DNA of 24,000 nucleotides from Natronincola peptidivorans (lineage in GTDB: Bacteria > Bacillota > Clostridia > Peptostreptococcales > Natronincolaceae), in NCBI RefSeq assembly GCF_900111615.1, contig NZ_FOHU01000001.1, positions 189,400 to 213,399 of the forward strand. The letters are read 5' to 3'. Below, piece by piece: positions 18,636-24,000 of this stretch (position 1 is the stretch's first letter; each line of letters starts with the position of its first letter). The position numbers and the translations under genes were made by a program. The notes beneath the pieces were generated by a model. It was not told the DNA's origin, searched no databases, and saw only the letters and a program-made list of their open reading frames with translations.

Positions 18636-19121
18636 ATGCAAAATATTATAAAGGTCGGTATGGCTGACTTAAAAATAGTAAGATTTCCTCAAATTTTAAC
18701 AACATTGGGATTAGGCTCCTGTGTAGGTATAGCACTATATGATCAAAAAGAAAAAATTGCTGGATTAGCGCATATTATGCTGCCTGATAGTAAGCAGATA
18801 AAAAACAATACAAACAAAGCTAAGTTTGCAGATACAGCAATTGAAATATTGCTTGAGGAGCTCCTGAAAGCAGGCGGCAGTAGGAACAGGATTGTAGCCA
18901 AGATAGCAGGAGGCGCTCAGATGTTTTCCTTCGGCGGAAATAGTGATGTTATGAAGATCGGTTATAGAAATGTCATCGCTACAAAAGAAATTTTAGATGG
19001 CTTGAAGATTCCCTTAATAGCGGAAGATACTGGAGGAAATCATGGTAGAACAATAGAAGTATACACAGATACAAGTATGTTGCTGGTAAAAACAATAGGG
19101 TATGGGATTAAAGAAATTTAA
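18636..19121 (+). CDS. cheD: Chemoreceptor glutamine deamidase CheD
   Basis: CheD signatures GLGSCVGI (catalytic Cys) and GLAHIMLP (His). The start codon directly abuts the cheC stop codon. Confidence 0.92.
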   Translation: MQNIIKVGMADLKIVRFPQILTTLGLGSCVGIALYDQKEKIAGLAHIMLPDSKQIKNNTNKAKFADTAIEILLEELLKAGGSRNRIVAKIAGGAQMFSFGGNSDVMKIGYRNVIATKEILDGLKIPLIAEDTGGNHGRTIEVYTDTSMLLVKTIGYGIKEI

Positions 19122-19148
19122 GGATTATACAAGCCAGGAGGATTTTTA

Positions 19149-19880
19149 ATGGCAAATCAAAGCCTATGGCAAAAATATAAAGCTAATAATGATACAGAGG
19201 CTAAAAATCAATTGATAGAGAAATACATAGAATTAGTAAAGGTAATTGCAGGAAGGCTGTATAATACCTATGGTTCAAGTATCGAATATGATGATTTGGT
19301 AAGCTATGGCATTTTTGGTCTACTAGATGCTATAGAAAAATTTGATATTGAGAAAAAAGTAAAATTTGAAACCTACGCACAAATACGTATACGAGGAGCA
19401 ATTATAGATCAATTAAGAAACCTCGATTGGATTCCTAGATCTATAAGACAGAAGTCAAAAAGTATTGAAGAGACCTATAATAGGCTTGAAAATAAACTAG
19501 GGAGAAACGCTAAAGACATTGAAGTGGCAAGAGAACTAAACATTTCTATTAATGAATTACACAGTATTTTACAGCAGACCAATAGCTTTAATATTATTTC
19601 GTTAGAAGAAAAACTGTATGATAGTAACATAGTTGACTATTTAAGGCATGAAGCTCAACCTTTACCGGAAGACATCGTTTGTCATGAAGAATTATACCAG
19701 ATACTACAAAATAGCATAGAAAAGTTGCCTGAAAGAGAAAAGCAAGTAATATCTTTATACTACTATAATGAGTTGACTTATAAAGAAATTGGTGAAGTAT
19801 TAAGCATTTCAGAGTCAAGGGTTTCTCAGTTGCATTCAAAGGCTATTAGTAGATTAAAAGGGAAGATTAAAGATGTTTAA
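19149..19880 (+). CDS. sigD: Flagellar sigma factor SigD/FliA (sigma-28)
   Basis: Sigma-70 family regions 2-4 (YGIFGLLDAIEKFD, IRGAIIDQLR) with a region-4 HTH (LTYKEIGEVLSISESRVSQLHSKAISRLK). It follows cheD, as in the B. subtilis fla/che operon. Confidence 0.92.
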   Translation: MANQSLWQKYKANNDTEAKNQLIEKYIELVKVIAGRLYNTYGSSIEYDDLVSYGIFGLLDAIEKFDIEKKVKFETYAQIRIRGAIIDQLRNLDWIPRSIRQKSKSIEETYNRLENKLGRNAKDIEVARELNISINELHSILQQTNSFNIISLEEKLYDSNIVDYLRHEAQPLPEDIVCHEELYQILQNSIEKLPEREKQVISLYYYNELTYKEIGEVLSISESRVSQLHSKAISRLKGKIKDV

Positions 19881-19894
19881 GTACGCTAGTCTAG

Positions 19895-19909
19895 AAAAAA
19901 GGGGGGGGG
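19895..19909 (+). repeat. A6G9 homopolymer pair forming the ribosome-binding region of the DUF342 gene
   Basis: Read directly: AAAAAA (19895-19900) and GGGGGGGGG (19901-19909), then AGAACT and ATG at 19916. A run of nine G is conspicuous in this AT-rich sequence. Confidence 0.9.
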
Positions 19910-19915
19910 AGAACT

Positions 19916-21763
19916 ATGATAAAGGAATATGTTATCGTAGAAGGAAGTAATTATGAAGAGGCTTTATCTAAAGGATTAGATCAATTGAAAGTCCAAGTAT
20001 CTCAAGTGGATATTGAGGTTTTAGAAGAGAAAAAAGCATTTCTGTTTGGCAAGAGCAACACCAAATTAAAAGTTACAATAAAAAGTGAGGTTATAGACAA
20101 AGCATTAGCAGATGTATTAGACAAGGTAGAAAACAGTATAGAAAACAATATTGAAGTAACTCCCTTAAAAGACGAAGACTTTTTTAGTATTGATTATCAA
20201 GAGGATGGTATATATCTGACCATTATCAACAATACAGCATTGACTCATAAAGAGAAAGTTAATAACATATTAGATCATTTAGAAAAAAAATCAATAGAAG
20301 AATATGATACAGAGGCAATTAATAAATGTATAAAAGAAGACATAAAAGAACCTTTTAAAATAGCTCCTTACCAAGAAGAAAAATTGATTGACGGAGAGGC
20401 GCTTGTAGAAGTATCTAGAGATAAACTAGAAGCTTATATAACCATTAAAGAGGCTGTAGGAGGAAAAGATATTTCTATAGAAGAAGCCAAAAAAATCCTA
20501 GTTGACCATGGTGTTATTTATGGAATTGACGAAGCAATGATATCTAATATAATACAAAGCAAAACCTTCGATAATAAAATATTGATAGCTAAAGGGCAAA
20601 AACCTCAAAATGGAGAGAACGGTAAACTAGTATACCATTTTGATGTTGATAAGCAGCATACTCCACAATTATTAGAAGATGGATCAGTAGATTTTAAGCA
20701 TCTGAATTTAATAAACAATGTCAAAAAAGGACAACTGTTAATTGAGGTCATTGAACCAACTGATGGAATTCCAGGGAAAAATGTTTTAGGAGAAGAGATA
20801 TCTTGCCTAAAAGGAAAACCAGCTAAAATAATTAAAGGAAAAAATATTTTAGAAAAAGATGATGGTTTGAAAATATATGCAGCTGTTGATGGACAAGTTT
20901 TTTTTAGGGACAATAAATTAGAAGTAAGTCAAGTATACGAAGTACCGGGAGATGTTGATCATTCTACAGGGAATATTAAATTTAATGGGAAAGTAGTAGT
21001 AAAAGGGAATATTATGTCAGGCTTTACAGTTGATGCTGATGGAGATATTGAAGTCAATGGTGTAGTAGAGGGTGCTACTCTTATAGCAAAGGGAAGTATC
21101 GTATTAAATAGAGGCGTACAGGGTAATAATCAAGCATATTTAGAATGCAATGAGAATCTTATCTCTAAATATGTTGAGAATAGCCAGATAAAATGCTTAG
21201 GCAACATTGAGGCTGACTGTATACTCCATAGCAATGTAACGGCAAAAGGAAACGTAACTGTAAGCGGAAAAAGAGGATTAATTGTAGGGGGGCAAATTAG
21301 AGCAGGAGAAGAAATTAGAGCTCAAACTCTAGGTTCTCATATGGGAACAGTCACCATAATAGAGGTAGGTATTGATCCCGATGATAAATCAAAATACGAA
21401 GCAATTAAAGTAGAAATAACTGAAATTCAAAAGAATTTAATGAACCTAAAAAAGACGATAGAACTTCTAAACAAAATGAGTAAAGATGGTAAATTACCTA
21501 AAAGCAAAGAGGAAATCTTAATTAAGTCCTTGAAAACTTTCGAGTATTTAAAGAATAAGCACACTAATCTTAACAATGAATTAAAAAATTTAGAATTAAA
21601 AATGGAAGGTTCATCAAAAGGGAAAATACATGTCTCAGGCAAATTATATCCGGGAACAAAGATCACTATTTTAAATGCAGTAAGACATATGTATGACGAA
21701 TTGTCCCATACAACATTATATAGGAAAGAAGGAGATATTGTTATTGGTCCCTATGAAAAATAG
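19916..21763 (+). CDS. DUF342/FapA-like protein (flagellar assembly protein A family)
   Basis: 615 aa. The N-terminal ~55 residues resemble a Jag_N-type domain (YVIVEGSNYEEALSKGLDQLKVQVSQVDIEVLEEKKAFLFGKSNTKLKV). The C-terminal half has the glycine-punctuated beta-helix repeats (GNIKFNGKVVVKGNIMSGFTVDADGDIEVNGVVEGATLIAKGSIVL...), then a coiled coil and a terminal GKIHVSGKLYPGTKI segment, as is typical of FapA/DUF342. Confidence 0.8.
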   Translation: MIKEYVIVEGSNYEEALSKGLDQLKVQVSQVDIEVLEEKKAFLFGKSNTKLKVTIKSEVIDKALADVLDKVENSIENNIEVTPLKDEDFFSIDYQEDGIYLTIINNTALTHKEKVNNILDHLEKKSIEEYDTEAINKCIKEDIKEPFKIAPYQEEKLIDGEALVEVSRDKLEAYITIKEAVGGKDISIEEAKKILVDHGVIYGIDEAMISNIIQSKTFDNKILIAKGQKPQNGENGKLVYHFDVDKQHTPQLLEDGSVDFKHLNLINNVKKGQLLIEVIEPTDGIPGKNVLGEEISCLKGKPAKIIKGKNILEKDDGLKIYAAVDGQVFFRDNKLEVSQVYEVPGDVDHSTGNIKFNGKVVVKGNIMSGFTVDADGDIEVNGVVEGATLIAKGSIVLNRGVQGNNQAYLECNENLISKYVENSQIKCLGNIEADCILHSNVTAKGNVTVSGKRGLIVGGQIRAGEEIRAQTLGSHMGTVTIIEVGIDPDDKSKYEAIKVEITEIQKNLMNLKKTIELLNKMSKDGKLPKSKEEILIKSLKTFEYLKNKHTNLNNELKNLELKMEGSSKGKIHVSGKLYPGTKITILNAVRHMYDELSHTTLYRKEGDIVIGPYEK

Positions 21764-21774
21764 GTGGTGATAAT

Positions 21775-22095
21775 ATGGCAATCAAACCAATTGATTCTCA
21801 TTTGACTTATAATAATACAATTCATCAATCAAAAGAAAAGCAAAATGATTTTAATAGAATTAAGGATACAACAACATTTCTACAGAATGATCAAAAAAAT
21901 GAAATTGAAAGAAATAGAAATAAGATACAGCATACAGAACACTTAGAAGAAAAAAAAGTAAATAACCAAAATAAACAGCAATCAAAAAAACACAAAAATC
22001 ACAAAAATAAAGAAAAGAAAAATAAATCCTCTAAAAATAAGGAAAAAATGGAATCTGATCCTAAAAGAGGACGAAAAATTGATATTTTTGTTTAA
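21775..22095 (+). CDS. Small, very basic K/N/H-rich hypothetical protein
   Basis: 106-aa ORF 11 nt after the DUF342 stop, with a GGTGGTGA SD. It has a low-complexity basic tract (KKHKNHKNKEKKNKSSKNKEK) and no family I can recognise. Coding status rests on operon context and the SD only. Confidence 0.55.
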   Translation: MAIKPIDSHLTYNNTIHQSKEKQNDFNRIKDTTTFLQNDQKNEIERNRNKIQHTEHLEEKKVNNQNKQQSKKHKNHKNKEKKNKSSKNKEKMESDPKRGRKIDIFV

Positions 22096-22115
22096 TATAA
22101 AATAAGAGGTGTTCT

Positions 22116-22586
22116 ATGAATCAGACTATAAATATAATTTTTATATTATTTGGCAGTATAGTAGTAATAATATCTTTATATATACTATTACAAAATAGAG
22201 ATAATAGCATTAACAATGAATACGCATCTTCGTTTTCTAATGAGGATAGCATTAAAAAACTTGAAGGTTTAGTAAAAAATGAAAACTACAAAGCAATGAA
22301 GGAGATTAGTAAAATTAATGACGAAATTAGTCAATTAAAAGATATGTTGAAGCATACTGAAGACTTAATTGATCTGAAAGTAAAAGATAATGAGGATTTT
22401 AATGACGAAAACCATAGCGATAATCATAATGATAACTTTAAGCACCTTTTAAACTACAACAAATTTCTAAAGAAAAATAATGATATCATTAACCTTTTTA
22501 AACAGAATAAAAACCTAGAGGAAATTGCAAGAGAGCTTAATAAAAGTATAAGAGAAGTAGAGATGGTGGTTAAACTAGTAAAATGA
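22116..22586 (+). CDS. Single-pass membrane protein with coiled-coil and a C-terminal HTH-like segment (occupies a position comparable to B. subtilis swrB)
   Basis: AGAGGTG SD. N-terminal TM helix (INIIFILFGSIVVIISLYILL), a charged coiled-coil middle region, and a C-terminus NLEEIARELNKSIREVEMVVKLVK that looks like a short helix-turn-helix. Confidence 0.65.
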   Translation: MNQTINIIFILFGSIVVIISLYILLQNRDNSINNEYASSFSNEDSIKKLEGLVKNENYKAMKEISKINDEISQLKDMLKHTEDLIDLKVKDNEDFNDENHSDNHNDNFKHLLNYNKFLKKNNDIINLFKQNKNLEEIARELNKSIREVEMVVKLVK

Positions 22587-22596
22587 GGTGAAGTGA

Positions 22597-23067
22597 TTGA
22601 AGCAATTCTCTGCGACAAGCATGGTTATAGGAATTGGGATAGGTATGATTATTACATCTATAATTAATTTATTATTTTGGCAAGAGCCTATGAATAGTGC
22701 TAGCAACATAGATGAAGATCCTTTTATAACTATAGTACAAAATGAAAAAAATTATGATAAATCAGAAGGTATTGATTCTACAAGAACAGAACAAAAAAAT
22801 TCAACTGAGAATATACATCTATTTGATAATGAGGAGAATAATAAGGGAAATCAAGAGGAATACAATGGCATTTATATATCTAAAGGAATGAATAGCGAAG
22901 AAATCGCAGAATTATTGATGGATGAAAAAATTATAAGTAGTAGCGAAGCTTTTATTGAAATGGCTAATAAGCTAGGAGTAATACATCGCCTAAGATATGG
23001 ACAGAAGAAAATACCAGTAGATAGTTCATTAGAAGATATTTTAAAAATATTAGTAGAAATTCCCTAA
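22597..23067 (+). CDS. Single-pass membrane protein with a C-terminal YceG/MltG N-terminal-like (LysM-like) domain and no transglycosylase domain
   Basis: TTG start 6 nt after GAGGTG. TM helix (SMVIGIGIGMIITSIINLLFW) and an N/E-rich linker. The C-terminal IYISKGMNSEEIAELLMDEKIISSSEAFIEMANKLGVIHRLRYGQKKIP matches the pattern of the first domain of MltG/YceG (I-G-S--IA--L---gvI-S---F----------L--G-y-i). Confidence 0.65.
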   Translation: MKQFSATSMVIGIGIGMIITSIINLLFWQEPMNSASNIDEDPFITIVQNEKNYDKSEGIDSTRTEQKNSTENIHLFDNEENNKGNQEEYNGIYISKGMNSEEIAELLMDEKIISSSEAFIEMANKLGVIHRLRYGQKKIPVDSSLEDILKILVEIP

Positions 23068-23082
23068 TAAAAACTCCATTAA

Positions 23083-23112
23083 TTGACAATAATTATAATA
23101 GATTTTTAAAAT
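23083..23112 (+). promoter_or_regulatory. Candidate sigma-A promoter (TTGACA, 18-nt spacer, TAAAAT)
   Basis: TTGACA at 23083-23088 and TAAAAT at 23107-23112, in the only sizeable intergenic gap, upstream of rpsB. Confidence 0.4.
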
Positions 23113-23117
23113 ACATA

Positions 23118-23146
23118 TTGATTAATAATCGACGATGTGTTAGAAT
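23118..23146 (+). promoter_or_regulatory. Candidate sigma-A promoter with an extended -10 (TTGATT, 17-nt spacer, TGT-TAGAAT)
   Basis: TTGATT at 23118-23123, a TG dinucleotide at 23138-23139 and TAGAAT at 23141-23146. This would give an rpsB leader of about 100 nt. Confidence 0.45.
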
Positions 23147-23254
23147 ACAAAAGGTGATAAAACACACATCTTATGATTATCTTAGTGGTGCCATAATTGG
23201 TGCTAAGATGAAATGAATAAGGTGGAGGAAAAACTAGAGGAGGTAATTAGTAAA

Positions 23255-23953
23255 ATGTCAGTAATTTCAATGAAACAATTGTTAGAAGCAGGTGTCCATT
23301 TTGGACATCAAACGAGAAGATGGAATCCTAAAATGGCAGAATACATTTTTACTGAAAGAAATGGGATTTATATTATCGATCTTCAAAAAACAGTAAAAAA
23401 AGTAGAGGAAGCTTACGAGTTTATTAAGGAATTAGCATCTGAAGGAAAAACCATATTATTTGTGGGTACAAAAAAACAAGCACAAGAAGCAATACAAGAA
23501 GAAGCAAAAAGATGTGACATGTATTTTGTAAATCAAAGATGGTTAGGTGGAATGTTAACTAACTATAACACAATTAAAAATCGTATTGATCGTCTCCGTG
23601 AGTTAGAAAAAATGGAAGAGGACGGTACTTTTGATGTACTTCCAAAAAAAGAAGTAATTAAGCTTAGAGCTGAAATGGAAAGACTAGAAAAGTTTCTTGG
23701 CGGGATTAAAGACATGAAAGAAATGCCAAGTGCTCTTTTTGTTGTAGATCCCAGAAAAGAGAGAATTGCTATTAAAGAAGCTCATATTTTAGGAATACCA
23801 GTGGTATCAATAGTAGATACTAATTGTGACCCTGATGACGTTGACATGGTAATCCCTGGGAATGATGACGCCATTAGAGCAGTAAAGTTACTTACTGCAA
23901 CGATAGCAAATGCAGTCCTAGAAGGTAAGCAAGGATTCCAAACTGAAGAATAG
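23255..23953 (+). CDS. rpsB: 30S ribosomal protein S2
   Basis: [27 protein letters not shown]... and the rest match the universal S2 sequence. ATG 23255 is preceded by AGAGGAGG. The ORF-track start at 23213 adds 14 non-conserved residues that overlap the SD. Confidence 0.95.
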   Translation: MSVISMKQLLEAGVHFGHQTRRWNPKMAEYIFTERNGIYIIDLQKTVKKVEEAYEFIKELASEGKTILFVGTKKQAQEAIQEEAKRCDMYFVNQRWLGGMLTNYNTIKNRIDRLRELEKMEEDGTFDVLPKKEVIKLRAEMERLEKFLGGIKDMKEMPSALFVVDPRKERIAIKEAHILGIPVVSIVDTNCDPDDVDMVIPGNDDAIRAVKLLTATIANAVLEGKQGFQTEE

Positions 23954-23975
23954 TTTAGTTTTAACAATAATAAGG

Positions 23976-24000
23976 TAAGGGTTTGGGGGATTATCCCTTA
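23976..24000 (+). other. Possible hairpin downstream of rpsB, cut by the window edge (TAAGGG ... CCCTTA)
   Basis: TAAGGG (23976-23981) is complementary to CCCTTA (23995-24000). The preceding GG could pair with bases beyond the window. The structure is incomplete, so its function cannot be judged. Confidence 0.2.

Noticed and set aside
23213-23254. N-terminal extension of rpsB ([14 protein letters not shown])
   Set aside because: S2 proteins start at about [19 protein letters not shown]. The extension overlaps the strong AGAGGAGG SD that serves ATG 23255.
1-24000. Search for defence systems, mobile elements, CRISPR repeats, tRNA/rRNA genes and invertible flagellar switches
   Set aside because: There are no transposase, integrase or recombinase-like ORFs, no spaced direct repeats, no long terminal inverted repeats and no large non-coding gaps. 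Every ORF longer than 60 codons on the + strand is accounted for by motility, chemotaxis or ribosomal functions, or by the four unknowns reported above.

Overview
The whole window is one co-directional (+ strand), tightly packed gene array with short or overlapping junctions and a Shine-Dalgarno sequence before almost every start. It is the distal part of a Bacillus/Clostridium-type fla/che flagellar-chemotaxis operon: flgE (5' partial), flbD, motA, motB, fliL, fliM, fliY, cheY, fliO, fliP, fliQ, fliR, flhB, flhA, flhF, flhG, a PilZ gene, cheB, cheA, cheW, cheC, cheD, sigD. Four poorly characterised genes follow: a DUF342/FapA-like protein, a small lysine-rich protein and two single-pass membrane proteins. 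rpsB then follows with its own sigma-A-type promoter. Gene order, flbD, fliY, cheC/cheD, the sigD-to-rpsB synteny and the AT-rich composition point to a low-GC Firmicute, probably a member of the Clostridia; I cannot name a species. I see no tRNA, rRNA, CRISPR array, transposase, integrase or recognisable defence gene. Most of the window is ordinary, well-understood core motility DNA, and I find no compelling evidence for a wholly new system. Six things deserve a second look. (1) fliL is broken by a single in-frame TAA. (2) The four-gene block between sigD and rpsB is uncharacterised; it includes a membrane-anchored HTH-like protein and a membrane-anchored YceG/MltG-N-like domain with no catalytic domain. 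(3) An A6G9 homopolymer forms the ribosome-binding region of the DUF342 gene. (4) A PilZ c-di-GMP receptor gene sits inside the operon. (5) A perfect hairpin without a U-tract follows flgE. (6) The rpsB leader has some predicted structure, and no terminator separates it from the flagellar operon.
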